From NCBI GenBank assembly GCA_965153285.1, contig OZ229113.1: a DNA stretch of 64,000 nt; one strand, given 5' to 3'. The stretch comes from Podarcis tiliguerta (taxonomy: Eukaryota). How positions within the stretch are numbered: position 1 is the stretch's first letter; each line of letters starts with the position of its first letter. A program made the translations under genes and the position numbers. Under the pieces are notes generated by a model. It saw only the letters and a program-made list of their open reading frames with translations, ran no database searches and was not told the origin of the DNA. Below, in pieces: positions 1-13,052 of this stretch.

Positions 1-2841
1 TGCAAAATCCTATTCGCATCTACTAATTGAGTTGCGGTGCTCAGCAAGACTTATTCTGAGGTAAGTTTGTGTTCTATAATGGATAGCATTACAGCTGGGC
101 CAAATATCCACACTTTCACAGGATTATTCTTCCCAATTGCCAGGACTTGGGGTAATGTTGACTTTCGAGTACAGGCAAAATTGAAGAATGTTCAGGGATG
201 GGTTTACCATAATGGCAAAGTGGCCAAGGGTTTCTTCTTCTTTTTAAGCTTTGCCACTACTTCAAGTGTCAGCTTGGTTGCCTTTAGCAGCCTTGGGGAT
301 ATTCCTGTGGCATCTCTAATACGTATAGAGATAACGGGCCAGGGAGGTCAGGGCTTGGCAGCCCCCCACCCTACCTTATGTGTTTGTTTCCACTTGAGGA
401 GATTGCAGGCTTGCACACGGTTGCAGTAAGAGTTCTTCATTTCTCCTTCCTTAATGAGAAAAACCAATCCAAATTTTGGGAGGATGTTTATCACCCCACC
501 CATGTGAAAGTAACAAAACTATTGAGGGCAGCGGTTCATTATCATGTTATTTAGGATCCCTTGGAGTAGCCCAGCTCTCTGATCCTCTTATCCCAGGGGA
601 CTACTCTTCTGTTACCCAATACAGTACAAATTAAGTATTTAGGGAAACAATTTTTTCCACCTGCTCCTATATCTCTCACGCCCTAATGTGTCTGTGGCAG
701 TAACATTTTCTGTTTCAAGCTATTGAAATGGAGTACAATGAATCATAAAGCAAAGGCAGTTTAACACTGTACATTTCTCATGCGGCTGATACTTTGGCTT
801 CCTGCTTCTTGCTGGTATTGCTTTATGCAATAATCTGGAAGTGCTTCCTTCCGATTCACATCATTACCCAAGGTCCTTTTTTACAATGTCAAGTCGCTAT
901 GTGACCAGTACTCAGTCTTCAGATGAGAAGCTAAGTGGTTTTATTATTTTGTCACAAATTAGGCAAGACACAATACCACAGGTGCTAAAGTGGCTCATAT
1001 AATAACACCCACCCCTTTCCACTGAGACATATATTAGTAGATGACAGGATTTCTTTAGCATGGCTCTAAAATGTGTGAGCGTCGGGTTTGGCTCAGAAAA
1101 TCTTCCCAGTAGACCTGTGCATTCATTTTTAATACATTTTGCTGCCTGAAGCAGAGCAACCAAGTCCCACCCAAAGTCAAAGAGTCAAGGTAATGATATC
1201 CTTGAACATGCATGGAGTTGGTTTTAAATGAATGTTTTATTTCAGATTGGTAGGTAAGGTAGAGAAAACATAATCCACACTACTGTGCTTTCTTTATCTT
1301 CTTCCCATAGAAAATTGTAAGCAGATGAAGAGTAGCAAATCTCTAACTGAAAACAAGAGGATGCTTAGAGAATATATATCTGTTTAAATACCTATAAAAT
1401 GAGCCCTGTTTCCCAAACTTTCTGAAATATGATAGATATGTGTTTAGGGAATAGCAGAAGGTTGGAAGATTTCGTGCCATTTGGATGGAAAACACCAAAG
1501 TTAAATGCAACAGAAAGATCTTCCATTGAAAGCAGGGGTAAACAGAAACAAAGAAGAACAAGGAAAATGAACTACTGATGCAAGTTATGCAAATGAATGC
1601 GTACTGAAATGAATGTATGTTGAATGACAAAAGCAAATGGCATAACTAAACTTAAAACAAAAAAAAATTTCCACACCCATATGTCTTGACACATAGTTTC
1701 TTGCAACCTAATTTCATAAGAAAAAGGAAAAGACAAGAGCAACACTCATGCTTGCCCATTGTTTTTCATCTCATAACCATGGCAGGGTCACTTAGAATGG
1801 TCAGGGTAGAAGGGGAAATATAAGAACTCCACTCATTCACTTTCATGGGGGAACGAGTCATCCACAGTGGGGAATTCTAGTAGGTTGCTTCATCCTTGAC
1901 ACTGAAGATCTATACGGTCATTACTGGACTAGGGTCTTGGTCCTCCCAACTGCTTTTTCTTCCAAGGAGTTTGGGGATAAATCTCACTATGTACAATGTA
2001 AGATATTCCATGCTAAGGACTCTTTGGCAAGCTGCCGTCTGCTTAATTTTATATATCTAATGCACATAGAAGCCATTTTAAAATATCTTTTCATGGTTTT
2101 ATTATTCCCAGTACCTTAACTGTGGCATTATGTTGCAGCACAAAGAAAGCCCATTGAGAGATAGCTCAGATTTCTCTGCGATTTTGACTGCCTTCAAAAG
2201 CAAAAGCTTCCAAATTGTTCTGAAACATCAGCAGTAAATATTGTACTACCAAGCCGGCTGTGATTAAAAAGATTACTGTTATTGAGCAGAATAATCAGCC
2301 GCCTGAAACTTTTGAGCTTGACAAAAAATAATGAGGTGCCCTTGATCTGTTTAGCCCAGTAAGGTACCATGAGATAGCCTGAAGCTCTGAAATGAATAGT
2401 GCCAGCTATGTTCAGCAAGAATGGGGACAAATTGTCTCCTTTGACACTACAGGAATTTTTATGTTGCCAAGTTGGGAAGAATCTTTTTTCTTTTAATTGA
2501 TTTACTTTCTATAAAGTGCTCAGTGTTTTCTGGTCTCAGTCAGGGAATCTGGTGCTTTCCCTCCCAAAATGTTATATGTGACAGATTAGTGAAGCTGCAA
2601 ACTGAGGCACAGAGGAGAATGATTCTATTATACAATGACGCAGAGTCTGAATACAATAGGAGACTAGATGAAGAAGCACCTTTCATCAGATGCAAAGGTT
2701 CATTAACTGAGCACATTTTTACCTGAGCATAAGTGTCAGGTTTCTCAAATGCTGAATTATCAGAACTTGTTCTATCTCTTCACAGGCCTTTTGCTGCTAT
2801 GTTCTGGAAGAAAATGAAACATGGCTAATATGGCTAACAGG

Positions 2842-3026
2842 CAGGGGTACCAACTGGAATAAAATATTGGGGGAGTAGGTAATCCCCACCCTGCATAATC
2901 GATTTCATGACATGGCGAAACACACACCATTTGAATGACAATAGCCATCAACTTTGCTGGGGCCTGTCCCCCTCAAATATTTTAGTGGGGACAAAGAGAT
3001 CTTGGCTCCTACGAGTTGACTCCATG
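2842..3026. mobile_element. hAT-type MITE (diverged)
   Basis: Imperfect TIRs (CAGGGGTACCAACT / reverse complement CATGGAGTCAACT); 8-bp flanks CTAACAGG (2834-2841) and CTAACAAG (3027-3034), 1 mismatch. Confidence 0.6.
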
Positions 3027-3114
3027 CTAACAAGAATTACATAGGAAAATTAAGCTGAAATCAGTGGGACTTGTTCATCATGACTAACTTTTGTTCATTG
3101 ATTTCTAAGCATGA

Positions 3115-3675
3115 TGTCAGGGACTGGCTGGATGAGGAGCAATGATGGGAGGCTCCCTCTGAAGAGCTCTCTAGGGAAGCCTCAGAAGAGGAAGGCTTTG
3201 AGCCAGGGGAGTGGTGGTGGGACATGGAAGATAGGTCAGAGGATGAAGGGGGGGGCAGAATGGTTGGATGCTGAACAAGCAACAGGCTTGAGGGAGAGAG
3301 AGGAAGAAGAGGCAGCTGAGGAGGAGGTGGGGACTGAGGCTGTAACAGATTCAGAGGACCCTGGTGGTTCTTCTGTATTCAGTTCCCCTCCTCCCTTGTC
3401 TCTAAGGGCTTGGCGGCTTTTGCATGTAGCAGAAGAAAGAGCACAGAGAGTGCACAGGACCTTAAACCCTGATGGAGTTTAAGACTGCAGGGGGGAAAGC
3501 TGGACAGAGAGGAGACTTAGGGGAAAGTGGGATGTCCAGATGGTCAGTTCTGGCAGCTGTTTTACCGGGAAGAGTTTCACCATGGTTTCTCTATTTGTAT
3601 TCTGTTTCCTTAAATAAAGAATTACTGCTCAACTCTGAGTCTCTGTACTGACCTGCAGCTGAACCAACCCTGGCA
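3115..3675 (+). mobile_element. Solo LTR, probably Ty3/Gypsy-type
   Basis: Starts TGTCAGGG and ends CCCTGGCA (TG...CA with short inverted termini); exact 5-bp TSD CATGA (3110-3114, 3676-3680); AATAAA at 3613-3618. Confidence 0.85.
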
Positions 3676-5272
3676 CATGACCGAGGCTACACCTCTTACC
3701 TGAGAATCACCTTCAATGAATCCAGTGGGGCTTTTTTTTGAACTGACACTGTTAGGATTGCCACCTAAATCTGGATCTAACACAAGGATTTTGTTCATAT
3801 ATGAGCGGTTAATCTGTAGACACAATATCTGGAGGAAGCTTCATTTATCCCATCCCATACTACGTATAGATATTCTGCCCTTTGCTTCTTCTGAGGCAGA
3901 GGCAAGTCGCGCTTTATCGTCTTTTAATTTCTATCTTCCCTCTCCCGTTCTTCCTTTCTAAAATATTCTACCCCTGGCAGGTGCTCCATCCAGATTTTCA
4001 CAAAGCTTCCTTTTTTCTAATTCTAAGCTCTCCAGGCACATATGAGTCTTGCAGTCTACCCTATCATTCTTTCCTGAGTCCCATTGAAGGTGCTGTCATT
4101 TCTGCACTTTGCTTTCTTCCATCAAGGCAATCACGAATCTTCCAGCAAAGTAAAGGGAAGGGCAGCTGCATGGGTCAGTGGACAGATGGAAAGTGCGGGC
4201 TTGAGAAAGCTAAACAGTTTGCATCCTCCTCTGAAAGACAGCAAAGCCGGGGGCCAGGGATCTACTGTCGGATTTGACAGTGCAATGCCCTATAGCTGTT
4301 TGAGTAGATTTACAATCTATCTATTTAACTGACGGGTACTTTGGTTACAGCTCTGCTCAAGTCATTCCCTGCTTTATATTTACCAAGACGTAACAAAGTG
4401 GAATTATACTTTTTTTCCAATTGCATTTATGAAATAAATGGTGTTTTCCTTCCTACAGCAAAGGGAAAGTGCTCTGTGATTTGTATCTTTTTTTCCAATA
4501 AAGACTTCCATGAATGCAAACATTAACCAAAGAGAGAAAGAGAAAACTGTTTCCAGAAACTGTCAATGATAGCCTTGGGGAGGGGAGGGGGGAAAGATGT
4601 AGCTTCATGTGGTATCCAATGTGTTTATCCACACTCTCCTGTATAAATTCAAAGTGTGACATGGCAGTGGCATGGCAATAAATATGAGGAAGAGAGTAGA
4701 AGGGAAAGAAAGGGTGAGACAGAGGGGAGCATGAGTTAAGTGCATGAAATTTTATGTGGTATTGGTTAACAATTTTGAAAATAGGATCCCATCTGCACTG
4801 CAAATTTAAAGCAATGTTATACTACTTTAATTTGGGGTAGAATCCTGACAACTTAAGGTGTTGAGAGTTGTTAGGATGCCTCTGTTCCCCTCACGACACT
4901 ATTCTTCCCAGAGTTCCCTGGGAAGAGAAATTGATTGTTAAACCACATTTTTACATACTTCACCACTTCATGATAGTAACATATGAAGGAGTCTTGGGGA
5001 AAAACCCCACCCCAAAGGGCTTTTAACATGTTGTTTGGAGTAATTCTACCACAACACTAGGGAGAGTCAACTTTTGATTAATATTGAAGGCCTCTTCAGC
5101 CATTTTGCTCCCTATGATTGATATCAAGGCTTGCCCTTCACTCAGTTTTCACCATTATACTAATCCCTGCCCAATGATGTCCACATTTTGGGTGAAGGTT
5201 TTGAAGAAGAGATCCCTTACAAATGCATGTAAGTTGGAACCCTATATGCTTGAGGTTTCATATAGCAGAGAC

Positions 5273-5287
5273 CAGTGCTTTTTTTCA

Positions 5288-5335
<48 letters not shown>

Positions 5336-5614
5336 TGGGAAAGGAAATGAAGCCATCATTAGAGGTGGTAACAATGAAACTGACCAATCACCATGCTAGA
5401 TTCCAACTCCTACCTCACACATTAAATGCTCGCTTCCATTTGAGACTCAGGAAACACTGTGAGAGGAAATGAGGCCGCCATCGGGGTTAGCAATGGAACT
5501 GCCGATTCACCGTACTGGAGAAGAAACTAATTTTTTTAGTTTCTTCTCCTGTCATATTCACAAAATGTTTAGGGGTATGCGTACCCCTGTGTACCCCCAG
5601 AAAAAAAAGCACTG
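5273..5614. mobile_element. hAT non-autonomous DNA transposon (MITE)
   Basis: TIRs CAGTGCTTTTTTT...AAAAAAAGCACTG; perfect 8-bp TSD GCAGAGAC (5265-5272, 5615-5622). Confidence 0.9.
5291..5332. repeat. (AT)21 microsatellite inside the hAT MITE
   Basis: Perfect AT dinucleotide run. Confidence 0.98.
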
Positions 5615-7599
5615 GCAGAGACTGCCTGCTCACATTTTCCCCAACAGTCATTACTCTAACACATGGATAGTCAAGGGCATGATACTGGGCATGGAGCAGG
5701 CATACATGGCCTCATTGTCTCTCTTCAAGGTATCTCCATGCTGATTATGGGGAAAACTGTAAGAGCATTCAGCTCACAAACCCCCTGAGATGAGTGGGGA
5801 GGTGAAATGCTGCATGCATCTCTATGGCCCCTAAAATACAAAGTTCAAGGACACCTGAAAAGGGCTTAAACAGAAATGGGAACTGAGCAACTTGTGAAGG
5901 GATAGCCTTTCAGGGGTTAATGATTATGATAAGGAAAGATCAGGATCATACCTCAAGAGTCCCATGTATAACTGAAGCATATAGGGTCCCTTACACAGGG
6001 TTTTTGCTCAGGGGAAACTATCACCTTGATGTGTGTGACCTTACCACATTTCACACGATTTGACATAGCACAGTAGATAAACAAATGACACTTGGCAGTC
6101 ATTTATTGTTTCCAGCACAATGTTTGTTAAATTTCAATCTGTACAAAGTCATAATGAAATAAAACCCTTCTATCATGTGCAGTAAAATCCCACATAAAGA
6201 ACAGCATCCATTAGACTGCGGAACAAAAAATAGGGGATCTCTCCCTTTGGAAAATATTTGCAATCTTGTTCCTGGAAACATTTCAAGGATGTTTTGTAAA
6301 GCAGTCAAGGATACAGTGAAGATAAAAGTCAGTGCGTTGGCAGGAAGAAGGACGGGCTGACCCAACAGAGCCTTTCCCAGCTCTGATTTCTCTGATACTG
6401 TGAAGCATGCCCTCTATTTATGTAAAGCTGAGAGCAATATAGAGGCTTCAAGGAGGCAGACATTTGACAGTAGTTACTGTTGTGAAAGCCATCCCCAAGA
6501 GAGACTTGCTGCCTTTGATTGCCAAGACCTTATGAGCATTTTGCAGCTTTCCGTACCTTCTGAGCCTAAAGAGTCTTTAAGAGCTGTTGACCAGGATATC
6601 AGCAGAACGTACTGAATATGCATTGCATAAAGCAGCTTTTGATAGACCTACCTAGGATGTATCATTCCCCAATTCTCAGCAGTGCAACTGTGCACAACAA
6701 AAGAAATGGATAATTAATGACTGCAGCCCCCTTCCCCCCCAGGCATGTTTCTGCCCTGGGCACCCCAAGGCAATGGCACACACGCTTTTTCAAGCTCAGC
6801 AGCCCTACCATGAGGAATAGGAAGAAAGTAGCAACTGAAGTGGCTGACATCAAAGCCTTTTGGGGCCATTCAGCTTCATGACTTCCTGTGAACAATAGCT
6901 ACTAATCATGTTCCAAAGGAGCAGCTGCAGACACACATTTCTGAGAAATATACTGCAGGAAATGTGTGCATGTGTCGCAGCTAAACGGAACATCTATTTT
7001 GTCTCTTCGCAGTTCCACTAATATGCCAAGGTTACTTTCTGTGAGCAAAGCTGGCTCTTTTTATGCAACAAATGTGCTAAATGGTAGACACTGTAGCATG
7101 ATAAGCAAGGAAAAGCCAAAGCACAGCAACAAATAAAGTTCAAAAAAACCCCTATATTACTGTTGTATTCTGTAAACTCCCAGACATTGGGGCTCAAAAA
7201 ATATAAAAAACAAGTGGGACTCTGCAATGTTGCAGTGTGTACTTAACATGCACATGTTATCCAAGGGAGAGGACAGCAAGTGTCCTTCTAGACAAATAAC
7301 TTGCCCTCCCCCCAGTTCATGGATGCCTGTGGGAAGTTAACAGAAATGCACTTTTTGCATGCTTTAAACACTTTTCTTAATTATTTTGCTGTCTACAGAG
7401 TAGTGCCCCATGGGCTGTTTTTCTTCTGTTGGTGACAGAACTAGCATGTGGAAGAGACATATGGAAGTGGAAGATAGATGATGATACTCTTCCAAGCCTG
7501 AGACATTCAGCGCTCCGCCATACTCCCAAGCAAGCACGAATAAGAGTGCAGCCTCAGCTGCTTGCAGTGCAAATCTTCTGAAGGTTATCTCAGAAGTAA

Positions 7600-7847
7600 G
7601 GGCTTGTCCACACCAATTTCCCCTGGAGAAACCCATGGTTTCCCACTAAATCAAAACAAACATCAATCATGTTTTTCTGTGGATTGACTTTGGTTCTGAT
7701 TCAGCAATAAACAACAGATTTTCCCAGTGAAAGCCATGGGACAAAAGAACAACCTCTTGGATCCATTACTGAAAAGCAAGAGACAAGCAAACACCTCTGT
7801 GACCCATGCTTTCTAGGCATGTATCAAACAGAAGTGTGGATGAGCCC
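7600..7847. mobile_element. PIF/Harbinger-type MITE
   Basis: TIRs GGGCTTGTCCACAC / GTGTGGATGAGCCC; 3-bp TAA TSD (7597-7599, 7848-7850), as expected for Harbinger (TWA). Confidence 0.75.
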
Positions 7848-10037
7848 TAAGTCTCACTGTGCAGACTCTTAATGGGTCTTAACTTGGACATCAAGAATAT
7901 AAGGGATGGGATATGCTTTACTATACATTATATGTGTGACATAGGAGAACTCAACATGGGATCACCATTTTTTCCCTAGTATCATGTAATATGTTTACCA
8001 GAATCACTAGTCCTACCCTCAGAAGAATGGGATGTCCTGTGCATTGGAACCTATATAAGGTGCACTATGTTTGCTATTACTAGTGTAACTTTAGAAGGGC
8101 AGCAATAATTTTGCTGGAGATTAATATATCTTATATATCATGTTATTGTATATCAGAGGTGGGCAATCTCACGCCTCTAGGCCTCTGTATCTCTCCCTCG
8201 GGATTTTTTCCCAGGCTACATTCCTTTTTAGGCCAAACCCATTATCCTCAGGGAACACCCCTCAATGGACTTGCTCTTTGTCTTCCTCAAATGCTTTTGG
8301 GTGCCTGAAAAGTGTCATTTGCCCTATTGCGAATGCCTTTTGCTTTCCTTGGTGGAGGACAGAGGGATAGAGATGCACCTGCTGCTCACTCGCTTTTGCC
8401 TTTGCAACTGCCCACCACAGACATGCAGCCATTGGAAGGTTGCCTATGAGGGAATGTGGCTCCAAGGCTGAAAAGCTCCCCCTCTTCTGCTGTACACCCA
8501 CAATGATCAAGATGGGAGCCAAGCAACCCCAGAGAGACAGGGAGAGATACATAATTGTAAAACAAAGAACGGATATTTTTCCTTTCTTCTCACTTCCAAC
8601 CCAGTATTTTGTTTATATTGGTTGCTCCATAAGGGCATGTTCAATGAGGGTAGCAGGCAGAGCAAAGAAAGGTTGATTGGTCAGAACCTACCAGCCAGCC
8701 ATAGGAGCCTTCGCTATGTTGTTAGGCTGCCAGCAGTGACAGCAGCTTGGGGAAATGCTGCAAAAAGCCTAACAGGGTTTCAGTTCCAGGTCAAAAATTG
8801 AAATTGACGTGTGGGTCCCTTAGCAAGAAAGGATTCCATTTGTATTGTGGGTCTTCTTGCAAAAAATGCTTGGAAACTACTGAACTATACAAAACTGTGT
8901 CCTGGTTGAATTTATTATATGGATTGCTGTTTATATGTTGAAATATATATATTTTAAAAAATACAACTTGAGGACCAATCCATTCAACCATGTGCACATG
9001 TCATAGCCACTTTATCTTATGTAACTCTCTCTGCAAAAAGCCAAGTGCCACAACATGTAGTATTATGTTCCCAGTGCGCTATTCCTATCCCATTGACCAC
9101 TTGAGAGGGCTAAAGCTTATCCCTACCACCAGTGTATTGTTAGCAGGTTTTCTGACACCAATGTTAAATCTCCATCACAGGGTATCCATAGCTGCAGTTA
9201 CTCTCATAGAAACGAACATCTGCAACTCATGTGGGGGAAAATAAGGTTAGACATCTGGGGACAGTGTTGCAGTCACTATCTTGTAACAGAGGATGGCCCA
9301 GTCTCCACCAATGCCACAGCGAAGGGTTGAAATATGACCCAGGGATGCCAAGGGGAAAGGTTGTGATAGATTTCTGTGCACAGAGCAAAGCACATGGAGA
9401 TGCATGTGATTGCACAAACACACCCAGACACACCAGCAAGCCCAGCAGTATGCAACCCTTGACACAGACTGTGTAGCAGGCATTTTTTCTACTATTGAAT
9501 AAATATTGAAAACAATTCACTTTGGCTATGCACAAAGAAACTAATGATATACTGCATGTCATGTTTCCCCTCATAATAGACTGACACGTGTTTGAGGAAA
9601 TGTTGATGATGCATTTGAGTGCATAATAATATGTGTTAACTGTGTTAATTATTTTGAATCGTTTGGAGAAGCCATTAGTAAGGCATTAGAAGAATTAAAT
9701 ATAAATATTTAACACATTTAAACTGATTGCATTTCATCAAATCTTGGCTTATCTTTCATGTTTCCCTAATCTTCATGCAGTCCTCTGAACTTCTGAACAG
9801 CTTCATGACTTCCTGTGAACAGTGCTACATTGAAGGATAAAAACCCAATGTATACTAGAGTCTGTACACATACAATTTTTGCACATAGGCTCTGTGTGGT
9901 AGTTCTTGGGACTGTGTGGTTAAGGGCAGAGCCAAAGTTGCAATCCCTCATTTACTCTTTTGAAGAGGGCTTTTTATCACATTTTGCCATGTTTGCAATA
10001 CAAAAATTAATAAAACAAAAAATCATTAAATCTCAAT

Positions 10038-10165
10038 CCAGGATGGGGAACCTTTAGCCTCCCAATTGTTGCTGGACTATGACTTCCATCATCCTTGATG
10101 CAGGCTGGGCCTGATGGGAGTTGGAGTCCAGTGACAACTAGAGAGTCTTTGGTTCCCCATACCTA
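10038..10165. mobile_element. Diverged hAT hairpin MITE (same broad family as 24211/61962)
   Basis: Core GGACTATGACTTCCATCATC...TGATGGGAGTTGGAGTCC inverted repeat; degenerate termini; boundaries approximate. Confidence 0.65.
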
Positions 10166-11199
10166 TAATAACTCTCTGCTTTGCCCATTGTTCAAGTGGC
10201 ACACATGGCAAATGATGGCAGCTCCCAGAGATTTTTTTCCATAGTACCTCAAATGAAGAAAAGACACTTCATGGTGTGCACATTCCAGTCTTTTCATATC
10301 TCCTTCCTTTCCTCTGAAACCCATAGGCCAAAGTAAATTTCTTGGAGTCATATCTTTTTTTGTGTTGACTTCAGAAATGAACCTGTCTGTCAACCTGGAA
10401 GCAGTGCTGATAGGAGTAATGTCCTTCAAAATTAAAAATAGGAAAGGCAACAAAGCCCATTGGCCCTTTTGATATAAAATGCATGTTCCCATAGCAGGAC
10501 AATCAGATTGCTCTTAGTAGAGAAGGAGGAGAAATAACATTTATAGTACATTAAGCCAAGATGGTTTTAAAAACAACAATGGGGATACTGTGAAACCACG
10601 TCAGATAAAGCAGAAGATATTTTATGTCTTTTGGGCTAGACAGTGTAGCCTGCTAACCTAATAAATCTAGTGTCTGGGCATTGTCAGTAAGCATAAAACC
10701 CTTTAGATCTATATGTTGCAATATCTACTTTATCTATTGACTTTTTGCTTTGCAAATGATTTCTCTTCAAAAGCTACCTTGTGGGTTGGCTCATGTCTTT
10801 CAATGTTAAGACCTGGGCTGCAGAGCCAATGTGGAAGGTCTTATCATATTGGGGATACTAGCTTCTTTGCAGATCATCTTTAATGACACAGGATTAATCC
10901 ATGGCAGCTGAAAAATGCAGTTGTGTTGGTATCCACTAGCAGCTTCAATAGCAAAATGTGGGGAGCAGACCTACAGGAGGACCAATCAGAGTGCTGCTAG
11001 TTGATACCATCCTGACCCCTGCCTGGTTTGCTCTCCCAGCCAGTGAAATTGTATGTGCTTTGGCTGCCTCGGTCTGAGAGTTTGTCATTCTTAGTGTGAT
11101 TGCTGCCTGCCCACTAGTAATACCAGATGATGGTGCTAGAATGTGTTTAGGTGGGCAGGTAGCAGGGAATTACAAAGATGCTGCCCCAATTTCAGTGGT

Positions 11200-11435
11200 G
11201 GTGGGCAGGGGACTGGACCAGTTTACTTGCAGGATCAGCTTAACCCATATGCACCCACTTTGATCTGCAGAACTGGCCCTGTTACAGGTACCACAAAATA
11301 CTCATTACACAGTTGTAAGAAATCCACCTTTCTAGTGTGGCAGTACCTACAAACTTTGGTACTCAGGCAGACACCTTTGCTGCACTCTTTTGGGTGCATG
11401 CTTAAGACATTTTTGTTTAGGCAGCCCTATCCAGA
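11200..11435 (+). mobile_element. L2 LINE 3' fragment
   Basis: Decayed L2 ORF2 C-terminal motifs (GPVYLQDQLNPYAP..., LKTFLFRQ); boundaries approximate. Confidence 0.65.
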
Positions 11436-11581
11436 CCCGTAGATGCTGACATGCTCATTTACTGCTCATTTTCATGATCTTGACATGTTTTAAAATTGTT
11501 CTTATTGATCATTTTAATATTTCTGCCTAGAGAGTTTGCTATAATCAAGTGACATAAATAAGGAAATAAGAATAACCTTAC

Positions 11582-11743
11582 CGTCTCTGTGTTTGCTGTG
11601 CGAATGGAGCGCAGCCATCAGAGGGAATCGCTGAAAGTGGACTCCATAAGGGGGTCTGTTTCATGTGTACCAGCTTTGAGGAACTGACTTGTGAACTGAA
11701 TGTTAAACTGAACAATTTCTTCACCGCCTCCAATACTTATTTC
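11582..11743 (-). other. Candidate 162-nt exon of an unidentified minus-strand transcript (5'UTR or first coding exon)
   Basis: Acceptor cctgatgtttcattttcag|G and donor ACG|gtaagg on the minus strand; non-repetitive, with several CpGs. All three frames contain a stop, so it is not a purely internal coding exon. Confidence 0.5.
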
Positions 11744-12594
11744 CTGAAAATGAAACATCAGGTGATATATCATATATGAGTCAGATATATGTGGCTTGTG
11801 ATGAGAAATAGCAGTTGAAGATCAAAGGAAGACAGGTCTAGTTTAAAAATAAAAACACTGTTCATTATGTGTTTTAAACAAAGTTTTCTCTGAAATGTCA
11901 GCTAGATGCCAGGCATATGTTGTAAGCTGCACTATTGTATGTAAACCAGTTTTAAGAACTAATGATCATTTTGAAAGGGTGTGGGAGTTGTGAGCTGACC
12001 AGGAATGAACTATAGCTAAATACTTTTCTTTAGTGTGAAATGTTAATTTTATGAAATTTAAATACCTAAAATAAGCATTCTAAGCCATTTATTTAAGTGT
12101 ATTCTGAATAGTTTGCAGCACCCAAAAAAGAAAAGTGACATTTCCCCCCATATAACTGAAATATCTGAAAGACCACCTTCTTCCCTACAGACCCTCTTGA
12201 TGAAGAAGATGATGATGATAAGGCTTAAATGTAGATTATTTATACAGATAAAGCATACAGTTTTGTTGCTCTCCTGAACTCATTGGACCAGCTCAGTGTG
12301 AATGAATGGTCACAATGGCTTGATTCAGGCATTTGCCTGCAAACATGAGGGCTGAAAGTTTTGAGGGGGCTTGACTATGCATGCAAGCCCCGCCCCCAGT
12401 GCCATTGGATATAGCATAAATCCTGTTTCACTGCCAGAGAGGGAGATCTGTCATTTGCATGGCACTTAAGCCTCTAGAAACTCCATGCTCTGCCCAGATA
12501 AAACTCCACAGGCATAGATGTAATGTCAGTGATCTTACCCTACTGCTGGGGTGAAAAGGTGCTATTTGGGCATGCTGTTGGCAGGAGCTTTGGA

Positions 12595-12770
12595 ACCACA
12601 GCAGCCAGCCAGGTGCCTATGGGAAGCCCGCAAGCAAACATAGCACTCATCCCACTTGGGATTCTCAGCAACTGGTATTCAAAGCCATACTGGCTCTAAC
12701 AGTGGGAGGAGAACAAAGCCATCACCATCATGACTAGTGGCCATTTGAGAGCCTCATCCTCCAGGAATTT
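12595..12770 (-). mobile_element. CR1 LINE 3' fragment
   Basis: Resembles the reverse of the squamate CR1 3' region (GCCTATGGGAAGCCC...CAGCAACTGGTATTC...CTCATCCTCCAGGAATTT); homologous to 34121-34696. Confidence 0.7.
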
Positions 12771-12772
12771 AC

Positions 12773-13052
12773 GGAAATCAGCCCACTAGAAGTACAGATC
12801 CTGAAGCTGAGGCTCCAATACTTTGGCCATCTCATGAGAAGACAAGACTCCCTGGAAAAGACGCTGATGTTGGGAAAGATGGAGGGCACAAGGAGAAGAG
12901 GATGACAGAGGACGAGATGGTTGGACAGTGTTTTCGAAGCTACCAACATGAGTTTGACCAAACTGCGGGAGGCAGTGGAAGACAGAAGTGCCTGGCGTGC
13001 TCTGGTCCATGGGGTCATGAAGAGTCGGACACGACTAAACAACTAAACAACA
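12773..13052 (+). mobile_element. Bov-B (RTE) LINE, 5'-truncated 3' end
   Basis: Closely similar to the 35245 and 48537 copies; ends GTCGGACACGACTAAACAACTAAACAAC; 9-bp internal deletion near the 5' end; no TSD seen. Confidence 0.95.

Noticed and set aside
5084-5472. ORFs with IYIYIY repeats
   Set aside because: Translation of the (AT)21 microsatellite.
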